Positions 27,458 through 37,220 of a stretch of DNA of 61,083 nucleotides are shown piece by piece. Made by a program: the position numbers and the translations under genes. A model generated the notes under the pieces. That model was not told the DNA's origin and did no database searches. It worked only from the letters and a program-made list of their open reading frames with translations. The stretch comes from a virus (Duplodnaviria > Caudoviricetes), in the IMG/VR virus record IMGVR_UViG_3300043640_000419, positions 1 to 61,083 of that record; one strand, 5' to 3'. The number at the start of each line of letters is the position of its first letter. The stretch's first letter is position 1.

Positions 27458-27918
27458 TCCAGGAACCCCTGAGCGATCGTGAAGGCGCGGAAGTGCGTGC
27501 CGTCGAGCGTCATGACCGTGATCATGTCGTGGGCGCCGTCGGTGGCGCTGAGCGTGGGCTCGCCGCCTACCGGGAATTGCCAGGTCGCGGGCCACGTCCA
27601 GGCGCGCTGCGTGCCGTCGCCGACCAGATCCAGGATGAAACTGCTCGCCAACCCGGCGGGCACATTCTGGAGGTTGACGGTGGTGACGTCGGCCGTGTTC
27701 GCCACGATGAACGAATCGGAGACTGAGAGGTCGAGATCGAGCACGCCCCCGACAATCGGCGGTGAGGTCACGACACCGATCGCCGCCACCGATCGATTGA
27801 CCGCCGCCACGAAGGCGCGGACCTCGGTCTTGCCCGGCCGATGCGCCCCGCTCGACGGAACGCCATCGATTTCGTAGTCGCGCCATGCCGTATTTCCGAG
27901 ATCCAGAATATCGGTCAT
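27454..27918 (-). CDS. tail fibre anchor/adaptor
   Basis: WRDYEIDGVPSSGAHRPGK anchor motif plus WTWPATWQF..PTLS domain. Confidence 0.75.
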   Translation of the reverse strand: MTDILDLGNTAWRDYEIDGVPSSGAHRPGKTEVRAFVAAVNRSVAAIGVVTSPPIVGGVLDLDLSVSDSFIVANTADVTTVNLQNVPAGLASSFILDLVGDGTQRAWTWPATWQFPVGGEPTLSATDGAHDMITVMTLDGTHFRAFTIAQGFLE

Positions 27919-27937
27919 CGCGTGCTCTCTCTTTGGT

Positions 27938-30004
27938 TTAGATCGGACCGATAGACTCCGGACCGACCAATGCGGATCCGACGCCGGCCGAATTGAAGGC
28001 CCGCACCCACACGCTGTAGGCGCCGAGGGTCAGCACCGGCCACGTCGCGTGATAGGAGGGTGTCGCCGAAGCGCCGGAGCGATCTGTGTATTCGACCGTC
28101 GCGGCATCGAAGCCGGCGACCGAGATGTAGAGCACGACGTTGTCGAGGTTGGCGCTTGCCGGGTTGGTCCAGCTCGCGAGCAGGCCGGAACCGGGCCCCT
28201 CCACGACACTCAGACCGGTCGGCGCATCGGGCGGCGTCGGATCGCTGCCGCCGGCATCGCCATCGACGCCCGTCGTGAGGTAGTCCGTCCAGGGCGACGG
28301 CGCGCCAACCGACCAGGCGCGCAGCCGCAGCTTGTAGACCACGCCAGCCTCGAGGCTCGGCGTCCGCACGGTGTCCTCGCCTGGATTGGACGCGACCGAC
28401 TGCGGCGGCCGGCTGGCATCGGAAATCTGGTACTGCAGCTCGTGGGTGAAGGTGTCGTCGAAGTGCGTCCAGCTTGCGGCCACGTAGGAGAACGTCGCTC
28501 CAGAGGCCAGCGATTCGGACTTGAGCGCGATCGCGAAGCCGGTTGGCGCCGGAACGCCGGTCGCCTCGATCGGGCCTACCACGCCGCCGGGAATGCCCTC
28601 CTCCGTCGAGGCGTCGAAGGCGTACATGTCGGCCGGCACGATGATGCCGGAAAAGCTGATGCTGAAGTCGTCCGGCGCCAGGCTGAGCTGCGCGCCATCG
28701 ATGATCTCGACGGTCGCCTCGTTCATGCCGCGCTGCGGGTAGTGCACCGTCACGAAGCGGGCACCGAGCACGTCGGCGACTTCCTCGAGATACTGCACCT
28801 TGATAGCCACCTTGGCAGCGTTGGCGCGGATGAACTTCAGCTTCTGGAGACGCTGGATATGGTTGTGCGACTCGACGAAATCGTTATCGACCGTCGCCGT
28901 CCGCTGCGTGGCGTCGTCGCCGGAATAGGGATCGCCATAGATGGCCGCGTCGCTCACCGTCCAGGCGTTGCGCGGATCAGTGAAGCGGCCGCGCGTCGCC
29001 AGCACGGTCGAGGCGTCCGACTGGTTGGTGTCGTAGCTGATCGAGGTGATGATCTTGTCGTCGAGCCGGATCGTCGGTGTTTCCATCCGGCCGGCGTGGA
29101 CGCCGATCAGGCCGTCGCCGCGGCTGTAGATCACCATCTCGCCGGCTTCGTCGATCTTGGCGCCGATGCTGACGGCGTCCTGGCCGTCGCCCTTGTATTT
29201 CCAGGTGACGCCACCCGAGTAGCGCGGCTCCTCCTCGCCATCGCGGTTGACGACGGTTTCGTCGGCGACGTCCGCCGCGGTGCGCCAGTCCGGCAGGTAC
29301 ATGTCGGCGAGCTTGAGGCGCCCGCCGGCGGGATGCGTGAGGTGGAACAGGCGGATCAGCGCGAGGTTGCGCGAGAACTTCCACGTCGTCTGGTCGGCCG
29401 GATCCTGCGTATTGTCGCGCGGGTCGTACAGCCAGGCGCCGTCGATCAGGCAGGTGTGCACCGGCATGCCCTGCGTGTAGACACTCGAGAAGCTGTTCTG
29501 GTCGGTGCCGCGGCAGATCATGCGGACTTGGCTGAGGCCGTCGCCGCGGTGGTCGGTCGTCCAGATCGCCGGCAAGGCGGCGACCAGGTCATCCCATGCC
29601 GTTTCCGCCGCGAGCCCGAGCCGTGTCTTGATCGTGATCGCGTTGCCGAAGTGCGCCGGCGCCGACACGACGTCGTCACCGTACATGCCGCCGATCGTCA
29701 CGATCTCATCGTTCAGCCAGTGCGTGACGTAGCCCTCGATGCGGTGCGCGGCATGGACGATGACGTGATAGGCCGCGCCGCTCTTCTCCTCCTCCGTCGC
29801 GTAGTCGCCGCCGGTGCGGACCCGGCCACAGATCACGCGCAGCGGCGGGACAGGCTGCTTCTCATTGACGGTGCCGTTCGGCGCCTGCGGCTGGTTCTGT
29901 TGTTGCGCCTTCGGGTTCTGCCGCGGGAAGAGAAGCATCTGCGCGACGGTCAGCGCCGCCGAGATGGCGAGGCTGATGCCTATGCTGATCAGCACCCCCA
30001 CCAT
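27938..30004 (-). CDS. central tail-tip protein with FnIII domains
   Basis: GRVRTGG, YDPRD, FnIII-like C-terminus. Confidence 0.85.
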   Translation of the reverse strand: MVGVLISIGISLAISAALTVAQMLLFPRQNPKAQQQNQPQAPNGTVNEKQPVPPLRVICGRVRTGGDYATEEEKSGAAYHVIVHAAHRIEGYVTHWLNDEIVTIGGMYGDDVVSAPAHFGNAITIKTRLGLAAETAWDDLVAALPAIWTTDHRGDGLSQVRMICRGTDQNSFSSVYTQGMPVHTCLIDGAWLYDPRDNTQDPADQTTWKFSRNLALIRLFHLTHPAGGRLKLADMYLPDWRTAADVADETVVNRDGEEEPRYSGGVTWKYKGDGQDAVSIGAKIDEAGEMVIYSRGDGLIGVHAGRMETPTIRLDDKIITSISYDTNQSDASTVLATRGRFTDPRNAWTVSDAAIYGDPYSGDDATQRTATVDNDFVESHNHIQRLQKLKFIRANAAKVAIKVQYLEEVADVLGARFVTVHYPQRGMNEATVEIIDGAQLSLAPDDFSISFSGIIVPADMYAFDASTEEGIPGGVVGPIEATGVPAPTGFAIALKSESLASGATFSYVAASWTHFDDTFTHELQYQISDASRPPQSVASNPGEDTVRTPSLEAGVVYKLRLRAWSVGAPSPWTDYLTTGVDGDAGGSDPTPPDAPTGLSVVEGPGSGLLASWTNPASANLDNVVLYISVAGFDAATVEYTDRSGASATPSYHATWPVLTLGAYSVWVRAFNSAGVGSALVGPESIGPI

Positions 30005-30005
30005 G

Positions 30006-30422
30006 TCAGCCGACCTTCCAGCAACGACGCCACTCTGATGGCTCGACCAGGTGCGTACCGCGCAGCGTCGGCGCGATGGCCATGTCGCCGATGCGAACGG
30101 CGAGATGCAGATCACCTGCGGCCTCGTAAGAAACGATATCGCCGGGTCGCGAAGTTTCAGGGCCAACCGGCGACCCGAGCAGCTCGGTCGCCATGTCTTC
30201 CATCGTCTCCCATCCGCGGGAGATCATCACGCGTGCCGCCGCGATCCAGCCGCTATAGGGCGTCATCTCGGGGAACAGGAGCGTTCCCGTCGTCGCCTCC
30301 ACGGCCATGCGGACAAACAGCCAGCAATCGTTTTCGCCGTAGGCGTAGGGCGTCGCCCGGCGCTCATTGGCAAGCGCAGCCAGGCGCGGCTGCCAGTCGG
30401 GCAGGCGGACGAGTTGCGGCAT
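30006..30422 (-). CDS. NlpC/P60-like tail-tip protein (DUF6950-like)
   Basis: RLPDWQPRL...YGENDC...PGD...HLAVR. Confidence 0.85.
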   Translation of the reverse strand: MPQLVRLPDWQPRLAALANERRATPYAYGENDCWLFVRMAVEATTGTLLFPEMTPYSGWIAAARVMISRGWETMEDMATELLGSPVGPETSRPGDIVSYEAAGDLHLAVRIGDMAIAPTLRGTHLVEPSEWRRCWKVG

Positions 30423-30444
30423 TGGGCCCTCTCGATTTTCGGTA

Positions 30445-30912
30445 TCAGCGCAGGAAGATCACCTGCACGAGCCGGGCCCCATCGCCCTCGCCGTAATTGT
30501 CGAACAGTGCCCGCGAGTGGTGCAGCTCCGCGCTGAAGAGCAGAAGCCGGTTGAACTTGGCCGGCACTAGCCGCGCCATCTTCCATCCGTCCCCGTCGCG
30601 CTCCCAGAATGCGGTGCCGTCGCCCTCGGCAGGCTCCGGGTTCATGTAGTAGATGCCGGTGAAGGCACCCATCGCTTCGTCGGAGTGGATGTAGTTCGGC
30701 TCGACCTGACCGGCCGGCGACCGTCGAAAGAAGGACAGGATGGCGGCCGCGCCGGTTTCGGATTCGGCGACCTGGTCAACGTCGCCTCGATGCGAAGGGG
30801 CGATCCCTCTGAACGTGTCCGGACCGAACGTCAGGCTCTTGAAAGACAGCCGCCTGACCTCCGCCAGGTAGGCCGTCGGATCAGGAAGCACATTGTCCAG
30901 AATTTCGATCAT
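30445..30912 (-). CDS. 2OG-Fe(II) oxygenase (DUF6445-like)
   Basis: ILDNVLPDP, HSD, GTAFW, KFNRLLLF, HHSR, RLVQVIF. Confidence 0.85.
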   Translation of the reverse strand: MIEILDNVLPDPTAYLAEVRRLSFKSLTFGPDTFRGIAPSHRGDVDQVAESETGAAAILSFFRRSPAGQVEPNYIHSDEAMGAFTGIYYMNPEPAEGDGTAFWERDGDGWKMARLVPAKFNRLLLFSAELHHSRALFDNYGEGDGARLVQVIFLR

Positions 30913-30916
30913 GCGA

Positions 30917-32368
30917 TTAGCCGGAGAAGCGCGGCCAGACGAGACTCTTGGTCTGCATCAAAATTGTTCTTTCGGCGAAGCGGTCCGGGTTGGCGCCGGG
31001 ATTGAGGATCGCCGAGCGGGCCCGCTGATCGGGATCGCTCAGCACCGCGCCGTTGGTCAGATTGCGGACCTGAAATTTGTTCGTCACCTGTGCCGTGACG
31101 GTGGACGTGACGCCGTCATCGGCGGCGGTGTCCTCGAACACGACGTTGTCGAGGTTGCCGCCGAACACGACGCGCGCGGCGCCCACCGGCCGGTGCCGCG
31201 CGTCGCACGGCTGGATCATGATCTCCAGCGTCGAGCCGATCAGATTGCCGTCCTGGTAGCGGGCCCACACCAGACCAGCGGTTTGCGGAGAGACGCCGCT
31301 CAGTCCGACATTCAGCGCGGAAGCATTGCCGTTGACGGCCTGCTCGATGTCGTCAAGTTGGCTATCGTCGACCAGCCCGGCGCCGCGCCACAAATCTCCA
31401 TCGGCATCGACATAGATGCCGGCGCCGAGCCATAGCCGGCTGACCTCATCATCCGCCCAGTCGAAGCGGAACAGGATGCGGGCGGTACGGCGGCCGGGCG
31501 CCACACTCCGCTTGATTGCTATCCAACGGGCGCTTCCGCGTCCGGATACACGAAGATCGGCGGAAATGGGGCGGATGATGATGGGGCTGAATGTCCCCAC
31601 GCCGGCCGCCGCGAACGTGGCGGCGCCGATCGCCGTTGCCAGCCAGGAAGCAGCCCCGATTCCCGCCGAGCCGAGCGTGGCGGTGAGCGGAGACAGGACG
31701 ATGTGGTTGATCGCGTAATCACGCGTCGAGCCGCCAGTCTCGTCGAATGTCTGGTTGCCCGCGGCAGTCACGGTCTTGTGCTGCGTCCCGACCGATTGCG
31801 AGGTTCCGACCGTCCCGGTGCTGGCGAACGAGGTGTAGGCGGCCGACCAACTGCCGTTTGTCGTGTCGCTGTCGGCCGTTCCGGCGGTGATGCCTTCGAC
31901 CGCCACGAACCCGAAGATCGTGTCCCCGGCGGCGACCGAGACAGTTGGGGCCGCCCAGGTGGTGCCGTTTCCATGCGAGCCCGCACCTACCGAGGCGACT
32001 AGCACCATCTCCCCGGCCGCGGGCGTCACCTTCTGAAGGACTGCGGCCTTCGCGGTCGTATTCGGCGAGAAGCTGATAGTGACGGTGCCGGCAACGAGCG
32101 CAGCACCAACCATGCAGGTCCAGATGCCGAGCGTGGTGCCGTCAGAGACGACGCCAGCCGTCTGGGTGATCAGGCTACGATTGATCCAGGTGTTGCCAGC
32201 ACTGTCTGTGACAGTGGACGACAGTGACGCCGCGCCCGACGTGCCGGCATTGTCGGCTGCCACGCCGAGCACCAGCACCGTGCCAACAGCCGCAGTGGCG
32301 GTCAGCGTCAGCGTGGAACCCGACACCAGGCTGTTGGCCGTCGCCTCGTTGCTGATCGTGAGAGCCAC
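30917..32368 (-). CDS. tail-tip/hub protein with a long N-terminal beta-rich extension
   Basis: C-terminus RLWLGAG...WRGAG...SDPDQR..PG..DRF is typical of tail hub proteins; Ala/Thr/Ser-rich N-terminus. Confidence 0.7.
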   Translation of the reverse strand: MALTISNEATANSLVSGSTLTLTATAAVGTVLVLGVAADNAGTSGAASLSSTVTDSAGNTWINRSLITQTAGVVSDGTTLGIWTCMVGAALVAGTVTISFSPNTTAKAAVLQKVTPAAGEMVLVASVGAGSHGNGTTWAAPTVSVAAGDTIFGFVAVEGITAGTADSDTTNGSWSAAYTSFASTGTVGTSQSVGTQHKTVTAAGNQTFDETGGSTRDYAINHIVLSPLTATLGSAGIGAASWLATAIGAATFAAAGVGTFSPIIIRPISADLRVSGRGSARWIAIKRSVAPGRRTARILFRFDWADDEVSRLWLGAGIYVDADGDLWRGAGLVDDSQLDDIEQAVNGNASALNVGLSGVSPQTAGLVWARYQDGNLIGSTLEIMIQPCDARHRPVGAARVVFGGNLDNVVFEDTAADDGVTSTVTAQVTNKFQVRNLTNGAVLSDPDQRARSAILNPGANPDRFAERTILMQTKSLVWPRFSG

Positions 32369-32379
32369 GGGCGGCCGCC

Positions 32380-32814
32380 TCAGTCTTCCGTGATGGTGGT
32401 CCCGGTGCCGAGCTTGGGCTGGACCCCGCTGCTCACCGGGATCGTCACGTTGAGAGCGCCGGAATAGAGAAGCTTGCCGGCCCCCGAGATGGCCGTGCCG
32501 ACGGCGGCGTGGGTGACGGTTCCGCCAATGCCGCCGGTCGATGCCGGGAAGTCGATCGATGCGACCGGGCTGACGCTGTTGCCAGTGATCGTCCAGCCGC
32601 CGCTGGTGCGCGCGACTGCGACGCGGGCGTAGCTGGTGTAGCTGATCTCGCTCGTCGTCTGGTCGCCCGCTTCGCCCGGATCCGCAGTGTGCAGCGAGAC
32701 GTAGAGGTTCGTCAGCGGCGAAGAGGCGGCGTTGTCGAGCAGGTTCGCGATCGGCGTGGCGTTAAAGATGGCCTTCAGCAAATCCGATTCGAAGGTATTT
32801 CCCTTGCTCATCAC
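32380..32814 (-). CDS. minor tail protein
   Basis: LYVSLHTADPGE...SYARVAV motif. Confidence 0.8.
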   Translation of the reverse strand: MMSKGNTFESDLLKAIFNATPIANLLDNAASSPLTNLYVSLHTADPGEAGDQTTSEISYTSYARVAVARTSGGWTITGNSVSPVASIDFPASTGGIGGTVTHAAVGTAISGAGKLLYSGALNVTIPVSSGVQPKLGTGTTITED

Positions 32815-32830
32815 GTACCCTTTCGGCGCC

Positions 32831-33538
32831 CTAGGCGAACAAATCGTTCCAATAGTCGACCGCCTCGACGAAGCTCACGTCGGCTCGATCGACGCCGCCG
32901 CGCGAAAGGGTCGCGTCCATGTCGCGGTCTGTGGCGAGGTGGACGAGGACGGTCGGTAAATCGAACTCGAGTGGCGCGCCGGCAGGGATGGCGGCGCGGA
33001 CATCCGGAAACACATCGACCGTCCACAGGTCACCGTCGACCGCGGTCGGGATCCCGACCTCGTACAGCGCGTGCTGGTAGGAGAAGCGCGTGCCGGACAA
33101 ATCGTCGATGCCGTACACCAGGCGCAAGATCATCGACGTATCGCCGATCGCGGCGGCGGTCACCAGCTCGACGATTATGCCCGGCTGGGAATAGCCCGAC
33201 CCATCCGAGAAGAAGGCGCCATCGTCATGCGGCGTCATGAACTTGCCCTGGACCGAGCCGGGTAGCCAGGGCGCGCTGTCGAAGCTCCAGGCCGGGAGGG
33301 CGATCACGCCGGCCCGGCCGCCGAGATAGGTACGAATGCCATTCCACAGCCGGCGCTGAGGGGCCGAGGCCAGCACGACGCCCTTGAAGGCCGCCGACCA
33401 ATAGCCGCGATCGGTCGTGGTGACAGGCTCGACGCCGGCGAGCGACCGGCCGCCCGATCGTGTGAACGCGACCGGATCGATCGCGGCCTGGCTGGGCCGC
33501 AGGACGGCCGCCGGCCAGAGGAGAACATCGACCGTCAT
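32831..33538 (-). CDS. distal tail-like protein
   Basis: Follows the tape measure gene; RSGGRSL.G, FSDGSGY, FVEA. Confidence 0.75.
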   Translation of the reverse strand: MTVDVLLWPAAVLRPSQAAIDPVAFTRSGGRSLAGVEPVTTTDRGYWSAAFKGVVLASAPQRRLWNGIRTYLGGRAGVIALPAWSFDSAPWLPGSVQGKFMTPHDDGAFFSDGSGYSQPGIIVELVTAAAIGDTSMILRLVYGIDDLSGTRFSYQHALYEVGIPTAVDGDLWTVDVFPDVRAAIPAGAPLEFDLPTVLVHLATDRDMDATLSRGGVDRADVSFVEAVDYWNDLFA

Positions 33539-35892
33539 TAACTGCGCCAATCCACGGTGCGCATCGCCTTGTCGTTCGCCACGGCCCGGGGGGCGAGCTT
33601 CGTCGCCCGCTTCACAGCCTTGCCTTGGATCTGCGGCGAGGCCACGGCAATGGCCTTGCCGGCCTCGTCCTGCGCCGTCACGCGCACGAGGTCGGTATCG
33701 CCCGCGACCATGATCGTGATGCCCCGCCCACCGCTTCCGCCACCGTCGCTGGCATCCCACTGGCTGCGGTTGAAGATCTGGCCCGGGCGGCCGTCGACCC
33801 GCACTTCCGGGCCGCGCTCGCCGACCAGGTAGGGCGTGCCGACCGGCGACTGGCCGCCAGTGGCGAAGCCCGGAAGGGTCATCGCATAGCCGGCAAATCC
33901 GCCATATCCGCCTGCCGGTGCGGCTGCGGCCGTCACGCCGCCGCCTCCGAACAGGCCACCGAAAAGGCCGCCAAGAATGCCGCCGAGGCCGCCGCCCGCG
34001 CTGCCGGTCGCCCCCTTCGCGCCGCCGAATAGCGCATCGCCGATCTGCGCGGTCGCCGCCTTGAAGGCCATGTCGGACAGCATCTTCGCCCACGCCACGC
34101 CGATGCGCTGAAAGGAGAATTCCGCGCCGTTCGCCAGGGAGTCCAACTCGCTCTTCACCGGATCGATGGCGCCCTGCCACAACTGCATGCCCTGATTGAA
34201 GGACGAGCCGGCGCGTCGGGCCTCGAGGGCGGCGTATTGCATGCCGGCGATCAGGCCGTCGAAGCCCTCGTTGTACTGCTTGGCCTTCAGCGCCTGCTCT
34301 TCCTGCGCCATGCCGGCAGCCTTGGTCGCGGCGGCATAGGCGTCCTGGCTCAGCCGGCCGGTCGCGAGCGCCTCATTGAGCTCGGTCTGGCGCCGACGCA
34401 TCTCCGCGGTGCCGTCGCCAAACTGCTTCTCGGTCGCGTCCGCCGCCTTCAGCGCAGCGTCGAGCGACTTGAGACGATATTCCCACGTCTCGTGTTCGGT
34501 GATGATCTGCTTGAGCTGGCCGATGCGCGGGTCGCTCGCCGAGTACTTCCCGATGCGTGCGAGCTCGTCGCCAATCGCCTTTTGCAAGGCGACCTGCCGC
34601 TGCAGATCCTCGGTCGAGGATGCCGTCGCGGCTGCGGCCTGCAAGTTCTCGTAGGCCTTGCGCGCCGAATCGGCCTCGCCGGTGAGGCGACGCAGCTCCT
34701 CGCCGATGCGGTCGCGGTCACCGGCGCCACCGCCCGATGGCGTTGGCTGCGCAAACTTGTTACCCGTCACCGTTGTGGCGGGCAGGACGCTGATATTGTC
34801 GGGATCTGACGGCGTGCCATTCTGCTTGCCGGAGACCGAGAGCACCTGCTGGCGCTGCCGCAGCAGGCCAAGCTCCTTCTGCAGGGCATCGATGCGCTGC
34901 TGGCGATAGGGATTGCGATCCACATCCGCCGCGACGGGCTTCTGCAGATTCGCCAGCTCCTTCTCTTTCGCGATCAGCTGGTCGGTCGCGTCCTTCAGCT
35001 CGGTCGTATAGGTCAGCGCCGCCACGGTGCCGAACGGGTTCGTCATCAGGTTGACGAGGGTGAGCCAGTTGCCGCTGGCCTTGCCGATGTTCTCCGCGAG
35101 GTTGGAGAAGGCGCGATTGGCCGCCTCGACCACCGCGAGATGCAGCGGCGCGGCGATCTCGGCATAGAGGTTGCGAACGCGGTTCGCTGCCTCATCCGAA
35201 CGGTTCTTGAGCTGGTCGAAGGTCTCGATCGTCTCGGAGGTCATCACCTGCCCGGTGCGCCGCATGACCGCCTCAAGGTCGGTGAAGTCGCGGCTGGTCT
35301 GCTGCAGGGTGCGGCTGAGCGCGTCGCCGGACTGTCCGAACAGGACATGCGCCGCCGCGGCGGCCTTGGCCGAATCGCCCGCGGCAAGGACCGCCCGGCT
35401 GGCCTCGCCCAGGATCGTGTTCTGGTCGCGCAGCTTGCCGGAGTTGTTGAGGATGCGCACGCCGAGCGTCTGGAAGGCCTCGGCGGCATCCTTGTTGCCC
35501 ATCGAGGCGTTGCGCGCCGCCTCGCCGAACGCCGTCACGGCGCCCGTGCCGGCCTCGACGTTGGTGTTGGCGGCGCGAAAGGCGCCCTGCCACGTCTGGA
35601 GGGCGTCGGTCGACGTGTTGGCCGCTTCGGCCTGTTCCTTGATCGAGACGGCCGCCTGCTGCACCGAGTCGTGCCACGCCTGAAGGCGACTGATCGTCTC
35701 CAATCCGATCATGCCCTTGGCGACGCCCTCGAAGGTCTCGGCCACTCCGGCGAGGGTCTTCAGCGAGCCGGCGGCCTCATCCTGGCTCGCCTGCAGACCG
35801 CGCATGCGCTTGTCGACCGAGGCGAAGGCCTGCGCCGTCTTGTCGGCGGCGGCAATCTCGATCTGCCAGCGGGCGCCACCGTCGAAAGGCAT
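33538..35892 (-). CDS. tape measure protein
   Basis: AADKTAQAFASV start, Ala-rich helical body, FATGG...YLVGERGPE. Confidence 0.92.
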   Translation of the reverse strand: MPFDGGARWQIEIAAADKTAQAFASVDKRMRGLQASQDEAAGSLKTLAGVAETFEGVAKGMIGLETISRLQAWHDSVQQAAVSIKEQAEAANTSTDALQTWQGAFRAANTNVEAGTGAVTAFGEAARNASMGNKDAAEAFQTLGVRILNNSGKLRDQNTILGEASRAVLAAGDSAKAAAAAHVLFGQSGDALSRTLQQTSRDFTDLEAVMRRTGQVMTSETIETFDQLKNRSDEAANRVRNLYAEIAAPLHLAVVEAANRAFSNLAENIGKASGNWLTLVNLMTNPFGTVAALTYTTELKDATDQLIAKEKELANLQKPVAADVDRNPYRQQRIDALQKELGLLRQRQQVLSVSGKQNGTPSDPDNISVLPATTVTGNKFAQPTPSGGGAGDRDRIGEELRRLTGEADSARKAYENLQAAAATASSTEDLQRQVALQKAIGDELARIGKYSASDPRIGQLKQIITEHETWEYRLKSLDAALKAADATEKQFGDGTAEMRRRQTELNEALATGRLSQDAYAAATKAAGMAQEEQALKAKQYNEGFDGLIAGMQYAALEARRAGSSFNQGMQLWQGAIDPVKSELDSLANGAEFSFQRIGVAWAKMLSDMAFKAATAQIGDALFGGAKGATGSAGGGLGGILGGLFGGLFGGGGVTAAAAPAGGYGGFAGYAMTLPGFATGGQSPVGTPYLVGERGPEVRVDGRPGQIFNRSQWDASDGGGSGGRGITIMVAGDTDLVRVTAQDEAGKAIAVASPQIQGKAVKRATKLAPRAVANDKAMRTVDWRS

Positions 35893-35895
35893 GGA

Positions 35896-36054
35896 TCAGG
35901 TTTCCTTTCGCTTCTCTTCACTGACGATCGAGTAAGCCTGCCAGCCGTTGAATTCCTCGACGGTCATGGTGCGGACCTCGGCGACGGTCTTGTGCAGGCG
36001 ATCGGCGAGCAAGTAGACGGCATACTCGAGCGACCGATCGCCCCTCATTTTTCC
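35896..36054 (-). CDS. tail assembly chaperone, -1 frameshift extension (gpT-like)
   Basis: LADRLHKTVAEV..MTVEEFNGWQAY; slippery G GAA AAA just before the upstream stop. Confidence 0.75.
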   Translation of the reverse strand, partial: GKMRGDRSLEYAVYLLADRLHKTVAEVRTMTVEEFNGWQAYSIVSEEKRKET

Positions 36055-36365
36055 GCTTGTGCGTCCACCGTGTTGCCGTTGATGCGCGCCCAGACGCCGG
36101 AGAAGCGACCACCGCCGACCTTGCCCGCCAGCGCGTCGCGATCGTCTGCGGTGAACAGCGGCTTGCCCTCGGCATCGCGGCACTTGAGGACCAGGATCGA
36201 CGCCTGCCGCTTGGCCGAGTCCTGTTCGTCTGGGAACATCGCCGTGGCCTTGGCCTGCTCTTCCAAGGTGATCTGCGACACATAAACGTCGCGTCCCAGC
36301 ACCACGACTTTATGCGCCTGGTTGTCCTCGACCAGCAGGTCGATCAGCTTCTTGCCGTCGGACAT
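36045..36365 (-). CDS. tail assembly chaperone (gpG-like)
   Basis: DAEGKPLFTADD...AEK*; between the tail tube and tape measure genes. Confidence 0.8.
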   Translation of the reverse strand: MSDGKKLIDLLVEDNQAHKVVVLGRDVYVSQITLEEQAKATAMFPDEQDSAKRQASILVLKCRDAEGKPLFTADDRDALAGKVGGGRFSGVWARINGNTVDAQAEK

Positions 36366-36760
36366 CACGCGCCCACCTGGCTCTTCGTGCACGTACCGTT
36401 GCCCGTAAAGTTGATGTCGGCCGAGACGATGCCGTCTCGCTCGTTGGTGACATCCACCGAGTCGACATGCACCGTGCCGGAGAAGAAGGTCTTCCCCGCA
36501 TCGGTGCCGTGCGGATAGAGGTTGACGATCGGCATATTGCCTTCTTCCAGCCCGGCTTGGCCGGTGGCATCGGACGGGTCCCACCACACGCTGCACGAGC
36601 CCGACCAGATTTTGGTCACGCTGTCGATCGTGTCCCACTCGTCTTCGAGGGTGCTGGTGTCGGAGCTCTTCGCCGTGCGCGTGAACTTGAAGGAGCGGCA
36701 CTCCGCCACGGTGTTGGCACCCACCTTGAAGCGCCCGTCGCGGCCCTTGTACGTCGTCAT
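36365..36760 (-). CDS. major tail tube protein
   Basis: GRDG..KVG...WSGS...FTGNG. Confidence 0.85.
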   Translation of the reverse strand: MTTYKGRDGRFKVGANTVAECRSFKFTRTAKSSDTSTLEDEWDTIDSVTKIWSGSCSVWWDPSDATGQAGLEEGNMPIVNLYPHGTDAGKTFFSGTVHVDSVDVTNERDGIVSADINFTGNGTCTKSQVGA

Positions 36761-36769
36761 GATGATCTC

Positions 36770-37219
36770 CTAGTCGAGGGAAGCGTCGGGGTTCCCAGCG
36801 CTCGTGTGGTACTCGATTTGATATTCAAGGCGGACGCGGCCGAGCCTCGTCTCGCCATCGACGCGCGCGTCGAGCTCGGAGCGCGTCAGTTCGCTGTCCT
36901 TGATCAGACCGCCAAGCATCGGATCCGCTGCCATGGCCCGCTCGATCGCCAAGGCGATGTCGTCGCCCCCGGCGTCGCTGTCGTCGGGAGAGGCGAAGAT
37001 CGCCTCGATCGCCAGGGTCAACGCCCGCTGGGTGCGGCGATCGTCGTCCATGCTGATCCCGCGCGACTGTTCCGTGCGCGCATAGACGAGGAGGTAGGGC
37101 GTGCTCGCCACGGGCTGCGGGGCGGCGCGGCCGGGCTGTATGCGGGTGACGATACCGTTGTCGAGCAGCGGCTGGAGCGCCGCGGCCACGGCGATGACGA
37201 TGCGGCGACGAACGTGCAT
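36770..37219 (-). CDS. tail terminator-like protein
   Basis: HVRRRI...IERAMAADPMLGGL. Confidence 0.75.
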   Translation of the reverse strand: MHVRRRIVIAVAAALQPLLDNGIVTRIQPGRAAPQPVASTPYLLVYARTEQSRGISMDDDRRTQRALTLAIEAIFASPDDSDAGGDDIALAIERAMAADPMLGGLIKDSELTRSELDARVDGETRLGRVRLEYQIEYHTSAGNPDASLD

Positions 37220-37220
37220 G

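Noticed and set aside
28049-30496. 815-aa plus-strand ORF (similarly 16773-18836, 43727-45367 and 9783-10898)
   Set aside because: Antisense shadows of real genes in high-GC DNA, with no recognisable motifs
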